Shown here in pieces: positions 41,101 through 54,500 of a DNA stretch of 64,000 bases; the first letter of the stretch is position 1, and each line of letters begins with the position of its first letter. The position numbers and the translations under genes were made by a program. Source of the DNA: the human T2T-CHM13v2.0 reference genome, Homo sapiens. The DNA lies in assembly GCF_009914755.1 (NCBI RefSeq), contig NC_060929.1; one strand, 5' to 3'. The notes under the pieces were generated by a model. That model had not been told where the DNA came from. It saw only the letters and a program-made list of their open reading frames with translations, and did no database searches.

Positions 41101-44100
41101 TAAACTCTGCAAGTGGATATTCAGACCTCTTCGAGGTCTTCGTTGGAAACGGGATTTCTTCATACTGTGCTAGACAGAAGAATTCTCAGTAACTTCCTTG
41201 TGTTGTGTGTATTCAACTCACAGAGTTGAACGATCCTTTACACAGAGCAGACTTGGAACACTCTTTTTGTGGAATTTGCAAGTGGAGATTTCAGCCGCTT
41301 TGAAGTCAAATGTAGAAAAGGAAATATCTTCCTATAAAAACTAGACAGAATGATTCTCAGAAACTCCTTTGTGATGTGTGCGTTCAACTCACAGAGTTTA
41401 ACCTTTCTTTTCATAGAGCAGTTAGGAAACACTCTGTTTGTAAAGTCTGCAAGTGGATATTCAGCCCTCTTTGAGGCCTTCGTTGGAAACGGGTTTTTTT
41501 CATATAAGGCTAGACAGAAGAATTCCCAGTAACTTCCTTGTGTTGTGTGTGTTCAACTCACAGAGTTGAACTTTCATTTACACAGAGCAGATTTGAAACA
41601 CTCTTTTTGTGGAATTTGCAAGTGGAGATTTCAAGCGCTTTGAGGCCAAAGGCAGAAAAGGAAATATCTTCGTATAAAAACTAGACAGAATCATTCTCAG
41701 AAACTGCTCTGTGATGTGTGCGTTCAACTCTCAGAGTTTAACTTTTCTTTTCATTCAGCAGTTTGGAAACACTCTGTTTCTAAAGTCTGCACGTGGATAA
41801 TTTGACCACTTAGAGGCCTTCGTTGGAAACGGGTTTTTTTCATGTAAGGCTAGACAGAAGAGTTCTCAGTAACTTCCTTGTGTTGTGTGTATTCAACTCA
41901 CAGAGTTGAACGATCCTTTACAGAGAGCAGACTTGTAACACTCTTTTTGTGGAATTTGCAAGTGGAGATTTCAGCCGCTTTGCAGTCAAAGTAGAAAAGG
42001 AAATATCTTCCTATAAAAACTAGACAGAATGATTCTCAGAAACTCCTTTGTGATGTGTGCGTTCAACTCACAGAGTTTAACCTTTCTTTTCATAGAGCAG
42101 TTAGGAAACACTCTGTTTGTAAAGTCTGCAAGTGGATATTCAGACCTCTTTGAGGCCTTCGTTGGAAACGGGTTTTTTTCATATAAGGCTAGACAGAAGA
42201 ATTCCCAGTAACTTCCTTGTGTTGTGTGTGTTCAACTCACAGAGTTGAACTTTCATTTACACAGAGCAGATTTGAAACACTCTTTTTGTGGAATTTGCAG
42301 GTGGAGATTTCAAGCGCTTTGAGGCCAAAGGCAGAAAAGGAAATATCTTCGTATAAAAACTAGACAGAATCATTCTCAGAAACTGCTCTGCGATGTGTGC
42401 GTTCAACTCTCAGAGTTTAACTTTGCTTTTCATTCAGCAGTTTGGAAACACTCTGTTTGTAAAGTCTGCACGTGGATAATTTGACCACTTAGAGGCCTTC
42501 GTTGGAAACGGGTTTTTTTCATGTAAGGCTAGACAGAAGAATTCTCAGTAACTTCCTTGTGTTGTGTGTATTCAACTCACAGAGTTGAACGATCCTTTAC
42601 ACAGAGCAGACTTGTAACACTCTTTTTGTGGAATTTGCAAGTGGAGATTTCAGCCGCTTTGAAGTCAAAGGTAGAAAAGGAAATATCTTCCTATAAAAAC
42701 TAGACAGAATGATTCTCAGAAACTCCTTTGTGATGTGTGCGTTCAACTCACAGAGTTTAACCTTTCTTTTCATAGAGCAGTTAGGAAACACTCTGCTTGT
42801 AAAGTCTGCAAGTGGATATTCAGCCCTCTTTGAGGCCTTCGTTGGAAACGGGTTTTTTTCATATAAGGCTAGACAGAAGAATTCCCAGTAACTTCCTTGT
42901 GTTGTGTGTGTTCAACTCACAGAGTTGAACTTTCATTTACACAGAGCAGATTTGAAACACTCTTTTTGTGGAATTTGCAAGTGGAGATTTCAAGCGCTTT
43001 GAGGCCAAAGGCAGAAAAGGAAATATCTTCGTATAAAAACTAGACAGAATCATTCTCAGAAACTGCTCTGCGATGTGTGCGTTCAACTCTCAGAGTTTAA
43101 CTTTTCTTTTCATTCAGCAGTTTGGAAACACTCTGTTTGTAAAGTCTGCACGTGGATATTTTGACCACTTAGAGGCCTTCATTGGAATCGGGTTTTTTTC
43201 CTGTAAGGCTAGACAGAAGAATTCCCAGTAACTTCCTTGTGTTGTGTACATTCAACTCACAGAGTTGAACGTTCCCTTAGACAGAGCAGATTTGAAACAC
43301 TCTTTTTGTGCAATTGGCAAGTGGAGATTTCAAGCGCTTTGAGGTCAATGGCAGAAAAGGAAATATCTTCGTTTCAAAACTAGACAGAATCATTCCCACA
43401 AACTGCGTTGTGATGTGTTCGTTCTACTCACAGAGTGTAACCTTTCTTTTCATAGAGCAGTTAGGAAACAGTCTGTTTGAAAATTCTGTAAGGGGATATT
43501 CTGACATCTTGTGGCCTTCGTTGGAAACGGGATTTCTTCATATTCTGCTAGACAGAAGAATTCTCAGAATCTTCCTTGTGTTGTGTGTATTCAATTCACA
43601 GAGTTGAACGATAGTTTACACAGAGCAGATTTGAAACACTCATTTGGTGGAATTTGCAAGTGGAGATTTCAGCCGCTTTGAGGTCAATGGTAGAAAAGGA
43701 AATATCTTCGTATAACAACTAGACAGAATGATTCTCAGAAACTTCTTTGTGATGTGTGTGTTCAACTCACAGTGTTTAACCTTTCTTTTCATAGAGCAGT
43801 TAGGAAACACTGTGTTTTTAAACTCTGCAAGTGGATATTCAGACCTCTTTGAGGCCTTCGTTGGAAACGGGTTTCTTCATACTGTGCTAGACAGAAGAAT
43901 TCTCAGTAACTTCCTTGTGTTGTGTGTATTCAACTCACAGAGTTGAACGATCCTTTACACAGAGCAGACTTGAAACACTCTTTTTGTGGAATTTGCAAGT
44001 GGAGATTTCAGCCGCGTTGAGGTCAATGGTAGAAAAGGAAATATCTTCGTATAAAAACTAGACAGAATGATTCTCAGAAACTCCTTTGTGATGTGTGTGT

Positions 44101-45596
44101 TCAACTCACAGAGTTTAACATTTCTTTTCATAGAGCAGTTAGGAAACACTCTGTTTGTAAAGTCTGCAAGTGGATATTCAGACCTCTTTGAGGCCTTCGT
44201 TGGAAACGGGTTTTTTTCATATAAGGCTAGACAGAAGAATTCCCAGTAACTTCCTTGTGTTGTGTGTGTTCAACTCACAGAGTTGAACTTTCATTTACAC
44301 AGAGCAGATTTGAAACACTCTTTTTGTGGAATTTGCAGGTGGAGATTTCAAGCGCTTTGAGGCCAAAGGCAGAAAAGGAAATATCTTCGTATAAAAACTA
44401 GACAGAATCATTCTCAGAAACTGCTCTGCGATGTGTGCGTTCAACTCTCAGAGTTTAACTTTTCTTTTCATTCAGCAGTTTGGAAACACTCTGTTTGTAA
44501 AGTCTGCACGTGGATAATTTGACCACTTAGAGGCCTTCCTTGGAAACGGGTTTTTTTCATGTAAGGCTAGACAGAAGAATTCTCAGTAACTTCCTTGTGT
44601 TGTGTGTATTCAACTCACAGAGTTGAACGATCCTTTACACAGAGCAGACTTGTAACACTCTTTTTGTGGAATTTGCAAGTGGAGATTTCAGCCGCTTTGA
44701 AGTCAAAGGTAGAAAAGGAAATATCTTCCTATAAAAACTAGACAGAATGATTCTCAGAAACTCCTTTGTGATGTGTACGTTCAACTCACAGAGTTTAACC
44801 TTTCTTTTCATAGAGCAGTTAGGAAACACTCTGTTTGTAAAGTCTGCATGTGGATATTGAGACCTCTTTGAGGCCTTCGTTGGAAACGGGTTTTTTTCAT
44901 ATAAGGCTAGACAGAAGGATTCCCAGTAACTTCCTTGTGTTGTGTGTGTTCAACTCACAGAGTTGAACTTTCATTTACAAAGAGCAGATTTGAAACACTC
45001 TTTTTGTGGAATTTGCAAGTGGAGATTTCAAGCGCTTTGAGGCCAAAGGCAGAAAAGGAAATATCTTCGTATAAAAACTAGACAGAATCATTCTCAGAAA
45101 CTGCTCTGCGATGTGTGCGTTCAACTCTCAGAGTTTAACTTTTCTTTTCATTCAGCAGTTTGGAAACACTCTGTTTTTAAAGTCTGCACGTGGATAATTT
45201 GACCACTTAGAGGCCTTCGTTGGAAACGGGTTTTTTTCATGTAAGGCTAGACAGAAGAATTCTCAGTAACTTCCTTGTGTTGTGTGTATTCAACTCACAG
45301 AGTTGAACGATCCTTTACACAGAGCAGACTTGTAACACTCTTTTTGTGGAATTTGCAAGTGGAGATTTCAGCCGCTTTGAAGTCAAAGGTAGAAAAGGAA
45401 ATATCTTCCTATAAAAACTAGACAGAATGATTCTCAGAAACTCCTTTGTGATGTGTGGATTCAACTCACAGAGTTTAACCTTTCTTTTCATAGAGCAGTT
45501 AGGAAACACTCTGCTTGTAAAGTCTGCAAGTGGATATTCAGCCCTCTTTGAGGCCTTCGTTGGAAACGGGTTTTTTTCATATAAGGCTAGACAGAA
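38123..45596 (+). repeat. Super-repeat copy 5 (partial; 680-bp deletion)
   Basis: Same order as copy 1. The spacing 39232->43308 = 4,076 versus 4,756 in copy 1. Collinearity with copy 1 decays after about 45.5 kb. Confidence 0.8.
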
Positions 45597-48500
45597 GAAT
45601 TCCCAGTAACTTCCTTGTGTTGTGTGTGTTCAACTCACAGAGTTGAACTTTCATTTACACAGAGCAGATTTGAAACACTCTTTTTGTGGAATTTGCAAGT
45701 GGAGATTTCAAGCGCTTTGAGGCCAAAGGCAGAAAAGGAAATATCTTCGTATAAAAACTAGACAGAATCATTCTCAGAAACTGCTCTGCGATGTGTGCGT
45801 TCAACTCTCAGAGTTTAACTTTTCTTTTCATTCAGTAGTTTGGAAACACTCTGTTTGTAAAGTCTGCACGTGGATATTTTGACCACTTAGAGGCCTTCGT
45901 TGGAAACGGGTTTTTTTCCTGTAAGGCTAGACAGAAGAATTCCCAGTAACTTCCTTGTGTTGTGTACATTCAACTCACAGATTTGAACGTTCCCTTAGAC
46001 AGAGCAGATTTGAAACACTCTTTTTGTGCAATTGGCAAGTGGAGATTTCAAGCGCTTTAAGGTCAATGGCAGAAAAGGAAATATCTTCGTTTCAAAACTA
46101 GACAGAATCATTCCCACAAACTGCGTTGTGATGTGTTCGTTCATCTCACAGAGTTTAACCTTTCTTTTCATAGAGCAGTTAGGAAACACTCTGTTTGTAA
46201 ATTCTGTAAGTGGATATTCTGACATCTTGTGGCCTTCGTTGGAAACGGGATTTCTTCATATTCTGCTAGACAGAAGAATTCTCAGAATCTTCCTTGTGTT
46301 GTGTGTATTCAACTCACACAGTTGAACGATGGTTTACACAGAGCAGATTTGAAACACTCTTTTTGTGGAATTTGCAAGTGGAGATTTCAGCCGCTTTGAG
46401 GTCAATGGTAGAAAAGGAAATATCTTCGTATAAAAACTAGACAGAATGATTCTCAGAAACTTCTTTGTGATGTGTGCGTTCAACTCACAGAGTTTAACCT
46501 TTCTTTTCATAGAGCAGTTAGGAAACACTCTGTTTGTAAACTCTGCAAGTGGATATTCAGACCTCTTTGAGGCCTTCGTTGGAAACGGGATTTCTTCATA
46601 CTGTGCTAGACAGAAGAATTCTCAGTAACTTCCTTGTGTTGTGTGTATTCAACTCACAGAGTTGACCGATCCTTTACACAGAGCAGACTTGTAACACTCT
46701 TTTTGTGGAATTTGCAAGTGGAGATTTCAGCCGCTTTGAAGTCAAAGGTAGAAAAGGGAATATCTTCATATAAAAACTAGACAGAATGATTCTCAGAAAC
46801 TCCTTTGTGATGTGTGCGTTCAACTCACAGAGTTTAACCTTTCTTTTCATAGAGCAGTTAGGAAACACTCTGTTTCTAAAGTCTGCAAGTGGATATTCAG
46901 ACCTCTTTGAGGCCTTCGTTGGAAACGGGTTTTTTTCATATAAGGCTAGAGAGAAGAATTCCCAGTAACTTCCTTGTGTTGTGTGTGTTCAACTCACAGA
47001 GTTGAACTTTCATTTACACAGAGCAGATTTGAAACACTCTTTTTGTGGAATTTGCAAGTGGAAATTTCAAGCGCTGTGAGGCCAAAGGCAGAAAAGGAAA
47101 TATCTTCGTATAAAAACTAGACAGAATCATTCTCAGAAACTGCTCTGCGATGTGTGCGTTCAACTCTCAGAGTTTAACTTTTCTTTTCATTCAGCAGTTT
47201 GGAAACACTTTGTTTGTAAAGTCTGCACGTGGATAATTTGACCACTTAGAGGCCTTCGTTGGAAACGGGTTTTTTTCATGTAAGGCTAGACAGAAGAATT
47301 CTCAGTAACTTCCTTGTGTTTTGTGTATTCAACTCACACAGTTGAACGATCCTTTACACAAAGCAGACTTGTAACACTCTTTTTGTGGAATTTGCAAGTG
47401 GAGATTTCAGCCGCTTTGAAGTCAAATGTAGAAAAGGAAATATCTTCCTATAAAAACTAGACAGAATGATTCTCAGAAACTCCTTTGTGATGTGTGCGTT
47501 CAACTCACAGAGTTTAACCTTTCTTTTCATAGAGCAGTTAGGAAACACTCTGTTTGTAAAGTCTGCAAGTGGATATTCAGACCTGTTTGAGGCCTTCGTT
47601 GGAAACGGGTTTTTTTCATATAAGGCTAGACAGAAGAATTCCCAGTAACTTCCTTGTGTTGTGTGTGTTCAACTCACAGAGTTGAACTTTCATTTACACA
47701 GAGCAGATTTGAAACACTCTTTTTGTGGAATTTGCAAGTGGAGATTTCAAGCGCTTTGAGGCCAAAGGCAGAAAAGGAAATATCTTCGTATAAAAACTAG
47801 ACAGAATCATTCTCAGAAACTGCTCTGTGATGTGTGCGTTCAACTCTCAGAGTTTAACTTTTCTTTTCATTCAGCAGTTTGGAAACACTCTGTTTGTAAA
47901 GTCTGCACGTGGATAATTTGACCACTTAGAGGCCTTCGTTGGAAACGGGTTTTTTTCATGTAAGGCTAGACAGAAGAGTTCTCAGTAACTTCCTTGTGTT
48001 GTGTGTATTCAACTCACACAGTTGAACGATCCTTTACACAGAGCAGACTTGTAACACTCTTTTTGTGGAATTTGCAAGTGGAGATTTCAGCCGCTTTGAA
48101 GTCAAAGTAGAAAAGGAAATATCTTCCAATAAAAACTAGACAGAATGATTCTCAGAAACTCCTTTGTGATGTGTGCGTTCAACTCACAGAGTTTAACCTT
48201 TCTTTTCATAGAGCAGTTAGGAAACACTCTGTTTGTAAAGTCTGCAAGTGGATATTCAGACCTCTTTGAGGCCTTCGTTGGAAACGGGTTTTTTTCATAT
48301 AAGGCTAGACAGAAGAATTCCCAGTAACTTCCTTGTGTTGTGTGTGTTCAACTCACAGAGTTGAACTTTCATTTACACAGAGCAGATTTGAAACACTCTT
48401 TTTGTGGAATTTGCAGGTGGAGATTTCAAGCGCTTTGAGGCCAAAGGCAGAAAAGGAAATATCTTCGTATAAAAACTAGACAGAATCATTCTCAGAAACT

Positions 48501-51500
48501 GCTCTGCGATGTGTGCGTTCAACTCTCAGAGTTTAACTTTTCTTTTCATTCAGCAGTTTGGAAACACTCTGTTTGTAAAGTCTGCACGTGGATAATTTGA
48601 CCACTTAGAGGCCTTCGTTGGAAACGGGTTTTTTTCATGTAAGGCTAGACAGAAGAATTCTCAGTAACTTCCTTGTGTTGTGTGTATTCAACTCACAGAG
48701 TTGAACGATCCTTTACACAGAGCAGACTTGTAACACTCTTTTTGTGGAATTTGCAAGTGGAGATTTCAGCCGCTTTGAAGTCAAAGGTAGAAAAGGAAAT
48801 ATCTTCCTATAAAAACTAGACAGAATGATTCTCAGAAACTCCTTTGTGATGTGTGCGTTCAACTCACAGAGTTTAACCTTTCTTTTCATAGAGCAGTTAG
48901 GAAACACTCTGCTTGTAAAGTCTGCAAGTGGATATTCAGCCCTCTTTGAGGCCTTCGTTGGAAACGGGTTTTTTTCATATAAGGCTAGACAGAAGAATTC
49001 CCAGTAACTTCCTTGTGTTGTGTGCGTTCAACTCACAGAGTTGAACTTTGATTTACACAGAGCAGATTTGAAACACTCTTTTTGTGGAATTTGCAAGTGG
49101 AGATTTCAAGCGCTTTGAGGCCAAAGGCAGAAAAGGAAATATCTTCGTATAAAAACTAGACAGAATCATTCTCAGAAACTGCTCTGCGATGTGTGCGTTC
49201 AACTCTCAGAGTTTAACTTTTCTTTTCATTCAGCAGTTTGGAAACACTCTGTTTGTAAAGTCTGCACGTGGATATTTTGACCACTTAGAGGCCTTCGTTG
49301 GAAACGGGTTTTTTTCCTGTAAGGCTAGACAGAAGAATTCCCAGTAACTTCCTTGTGTTGTGTACATTCAACTCACAGAGTTGAAAGTTCCCTTAGACAG
49401 AGCAGATTTGAAACACTCTTTTTGTGCCATTGGCAAGTGGAGATTTCAAGCGCTTTAAGGTCAATGGCAGAAAAGGAAATATCTTCGTTTCAAAACTAGA
49501 CAGAATCATTCCCACAAACTGCGTTGTGATGTGTTCGTTCATCTCACAGAGTTTAACCTTTCTTTTCATAGAGCAGTTAGGAAACACTCTGTTTGTAAAT
49601 TCTGTAAGTGGATATTCTGACATCTTGTGGCCTTCGTTGGAAAAGGGATTTCTTCATCTTCTGCTAGACAGAAGAATTCTCAGAATCTTCCTTGTGTTGT
49701 GTGTATTCAACTCACACAGTTGAACGATGGTTTACACAGAGCAGATTTGAAACACTCTTTTTGTGGAATTGGAAGTGGAGATTTCAGCCGCTTTGAGGTC
49801 AATGGTAGAAAAGGAAATATCTTCGTATAAAAACTAGACAGAATGATTCTCAGAAACTTCTTTGTGATGTGTGCGTTCAACTCACAGAGTTTAACCTTTC
49901 TTTTCATAGAGCAGTTAGGAAACACTCTGTTTGTAAACTCTGCAAGTGGATATTCAGACCTCTTTGAGGCCTTCGTTGGAAACGGGATTTCTTCATACTG
50001 TGCTAGACAGAAGAATTCTCAGTAACTTCCTTGTGTTGTGTGTATTCAACTCACAGAGTTGAACGATCCTTTACACAGAGCAGACTTGAAACACTCTTTT
50101 TGTGGAATTTGCAAGTGGAGATTTCAGCCGCGTTGAGGTCAATGGTAGAAAAGGAAATATCTTCGTATAAAAACTAGAGAGAATGATTCTCAGAAACTCC
50201 TTTGTGATGTGTGTGTTCAACTCACAGAGTTTAACATTTCTTTTCATAGAGCAGTTAGGAAACACTCTGTTTGTAAAGTCTGCAAGTGGATATTCAGACC
50301 TCTTTGAGGCCTTCGTTGGAAACGGGTTTTTTTCATGTAAGGCTAGACAGAAGAATTCTCAGTAACTTCCTTGTGTTGTGTGTATTCAACTCACACAGTT
50401 GAACGATCCTTTACACAGAGCAGACTTGTAACACTCTTTTTGTGGAATTTGCAAGTGGAGATTTCAGCCGCTTTGAAGTCAAAGGTAGAAAACGAAATAT
50501 CTTCCTATAAAAACTAGACAGAAAGATTCTCAGAAACTCCTTTGTGATGTGTGCGTTCAACTCACAGAGTTTAACCTTTCTGTTCATAGAGCAGTTAGGA
50601 AACACTCTGTTTGTAAAGTCTGCAAGTGGATATTCAGACCTCTTTGAGGCCTTCGTTGGAAACGGGTTTTTTTCATATAAGGCTAGACAGAAGAATTCCC
50701 AGTAACTTCCTTGTGTTGTGTGTGTTCAACTCACAGAGTTGAACTTTCATTTACACAGAGCAGATTTGAAACACTCTTTTTGTGGAATTTGCAAGTGGAG
50801 ATTTCAAGCGCTTTGAGGCCAAAGGCAGAAAAGGAAATATCTTCGTATAAAAACTAGACAGAATCATTCTCAGAAACTGCTCTGTGATGTGTGCGTTCAA
50901 CTCTCAGAGTTTAACTTTTCTTTTCATTCAGCAGTTTGGAAACACTCTGTTTGTAAAGTCTGCACGTGGATAATTTGACCACTTAGAGGCCTTCGTTGGA
51001 AACGGGTTTTTTTCATGTAAGGCTAGACAGAAGAGTTCTCAGTAACTTCCTTGTGTTGTGTGTATTCAACTCACACAGTTGAACGATCCTTTACAGAGAG
51101 CAGACTTGTAACACTCTTTTTGTGGAATTTGCAAGTGGAGATTTCAGCCGCTTTGAAGTCAAAGTAGAAAAGGAAATATCTTCCTATAAAAACCAGACAG
51201 AATGATTCTCAGAAACTCCTTTGTGATGTGTGCGTTCAACTCACAGAGTTTAACCTTTCTTTTCATAGAGCAGTTAGGAAACACTCTGTTTGTAAAGTCT
51301 GCAAGTGGATATTCAGACCTCTTTGAGGCCTTCGTTGGAAACGGGTTTTTTTCATATAAGGCTAGACAGAAGAATTCCCAGTAACTTCCTTGTGTTGTGT
51401 GTGTTCAACTCACAGAGTTGAACTTTCATTTACACAGAGCAGATTTGAAACACTCCTTTTGTGGAATTTGCAGGTGGAGATTTCAAGCGCTTTGAGGCCA

Positions 51501-54500
51501 AAGGCAGAAAAGGAAATATCTTCGTATAAAAACTAGACAGAATCATTCTCAGAAACTGCTCTGCGATGTGTGCGTTCAACTCTCAGAGTTTAACTTTTCT
51601 TTTCATTCAGCAGTTTGGAAACACTCTGTTTGTAAAGTCTGCACGTGGATAATTTGACCACTTAGAGGCCTTCGTTGGAAACGGGTTTTTTTCATGTAAG
51701 GCTAGACAGAAGAATTCTCAGTAACTTCCTTGTGTTGTGTGTATTCAACTCACAGAGTTGAACGATCCTTTACACAGAGCAGACTTGTAACACTCTTTTT
51801 GTGGAATTTGCAAGTGGAGATTTCAGCCGCTTTGAAGTCAAAGGTAGAAAAGGAAATATCTTCCTATAAAAACTAGACAGAGTGATTCTCAGAAACTCCT
51901 TTGTGATGTGTGCGTTCAACTCACAGAGTTTAACCTTTCTTTTCATAGAGCAGTTAGGAAACACTCTGCTTGTAAAGTCTGCAAGTGGATATTCAGCCCT
52001 CTTTGAGGCCTTCGTTGGAAACGGGTTTTTTTCATATAAGGCTAGACAGAAGAATTCCCAGTAACTTCCTTGTGTTGTGTGTGTTCAACTCACAGAGTTG
52101 AACTTTGATTTACACAGAGCAGATTTGAAACACTCTTTTTGTGGAATTTGCAAGTGGAGATTTCAAGCGCTTTGAGGCCAAAGGCAGAAAAGGAAATACC
52201 TTCGTATAAAAACTAGACAGAATCATTCTCAGAAACTGCTCTGCGATGTGTGCGTTCAACTCTCAGAGTTTAACTTTTCTTTTCATTCAGCAGTTTGGAA
52301 ACACTCTGTTTGTAAAGTCTGCACGTGGATATTTTGACCACTTAGAGGCCTTCGTTGGAAACGGGTTTTTTTCCTGTAAGGCTAGACAGAAGAATTCCCA
52401 GTAACTTGCTTGTGTTGTGTACATTCAACTCACAGAGTTGAACGTTCCCTTAGACAGAGCAGATTTGAAACACTCTTTTTGTGCAATTGGCAAGTGGAGA
52501 TTTCAAGCGCTTTAAGGTCAATGGCAGAAAAGGAAATATCTTCGTTTCAAAACTAGAGAGAATCATTCCCAAAAACTGCGTTGTCATGTGTTCGTTCATC
52601 TCACAGAGTTTAACCTTTCTTTTCATAGAGCAGTTAGGAAACAGTCTGTTTGTAAATTCTGTAAGTGGATATTCTGACATCTTGTGGCCTTCGTTGGAAA
52701 CGGGATTTCTTGATATTCTGCTAGATAGAAGAATTCTCAGAATCTTCCTTGTGTTGTGTGTATTCAACTCACAGAGTTGAACGATGGTTTACACAGAGCA
52801 GATTTGAAACACTCTTTTTGTGGAATTTGCAAGTGGAGATTTCAGCCGCTTTGAGGTCAATGGTAGAAAAGGAAATATCTTCGTATAAAAACTAGACAGA
52901 ATGATTCTCAGAAACTTCTTTGTGATGTGTGCGTTCAACTCACAGAGTTTAACCTTTCTTTTCATAGAGCAGTTAGGAAACACTCTGTTTGTAAACTCTG
53001 CAAGTGGATATTCAGACCTCTTTGAGGCCTTCGTTGGAAACGGGATTTCTTCATACTGTGCTAGACAGAAGAATTCTCAGTAACTTCCTTGTGTTGTGTG
53101 TATTCAACTCACAGAGTTGACCGATCCTTTACACAGAGCAGACTTGTAACACTCTTTTTGTGGAATTTGCAAGTGGAGATTTCAGCCGCTTTGAAGTCAA
53201 AGGTAGAAAAGGGAATATCTTCCTATAAAAACTAGACAGAATGATTCTCAGAAACTCCTTTGTGATGTGTGCGTTCAACTCACAGAGTTTAACCTTTCTT
53301 TTCATAGAGCAGTTAGGAAACACTCTGTTTCTAAAGTCTGCAAGTGGATATTCAGACCTCTTTGAGGCCTTCGTTGGAAACGGGTTTTTTTCATATAAGG
53401 CTAGAGAGAAGAATTCCCAGTAACTTCCTTGTGTTGTGTGTGTTCAACTCACAGAGTTGAACTTTGATTTACACAGAGCAGATTTGAAACACTCTTTTTG
53501 TGGAATTTGCAAGTGGAGATTTCAAGCGCTGTGAGGCCAAAGGCAGAAAAGGAAATATCTTCGTATAAAAACTAGACAGAATCATTCTCAGAAACTGCTC
53601 TGCGATGTGTGCGTTCAACTCTCAGAGTTTAACTTTTCTTTTCATTCAGCATTTTGGAAACACTCTGTTTGTAAAGTCTGCACGTGGATAATTTGACCAC
53701 TTAGAGGCCTTCGTTGGAAACGGGTTTTTTTCATGTAAGGCTAGACAGAAGAATTCTCAGTAACTTCCTTGTGTTGTGTGTATTCAACTCACACAGTTGA
53801 AGGATCCTTTACACAGAGCAGACTTGTAACACTCTTTTTGTGGAATTTGCAAGTGGAGATTTCAGCCGCTTTGAAGTCAAAGGTAGAAAAGGAAATATCT
53901 TCCTATAAAAACTAGACAGAAAGATTCTCAGAAACTCCTTTGTGATGTGTGCGTTCAACTCACAGAGTTTAACCTTTCTTTTCATAGAGCAGTTAGGAAA
54001 CACTCTGTTTGTAAAGTCTGCAAGTGGATATTCAGACCTCTTTGAGGCCTTCGTTGGAAACGGGTTTTTTTCATATAAGGCTAGACAGAAGAATTCCCAG
54101 TAACTTCCTTGTGTTGTGTGTGTTCAACTCACAGAGTTGAACTTTCATTTACACAGAGCAGATTTGAAACACTCTTTTTGTGGAATTTGCAGGTGGAGAT
54201 TTCAAGCGCTTTGAGGCCAAAGGCAGAAAAGGAAATATCTTCGTATAAAAACTAGACAGAATCATTCTCAGAAACTGCTCTGCGATGTGTGCGTTCAACT
54301 CTTAGAGTTTAACTTTTCTTTTCATTCAGCAGTTTGGAAACACTCTGTTTGTAAAGTCTGCACGTGGATAATTTGACCACTTAGAGGCCTTCGTTGGAAA
54401 CGGGTTTTTTTCATGTAAGGCTAGACAGAAGAGTTCTCAGTAACTTCCTTGTGTTGTGTGTATTCAACTCACAGAGTTGAACGATCCTTTACACAGAGCA

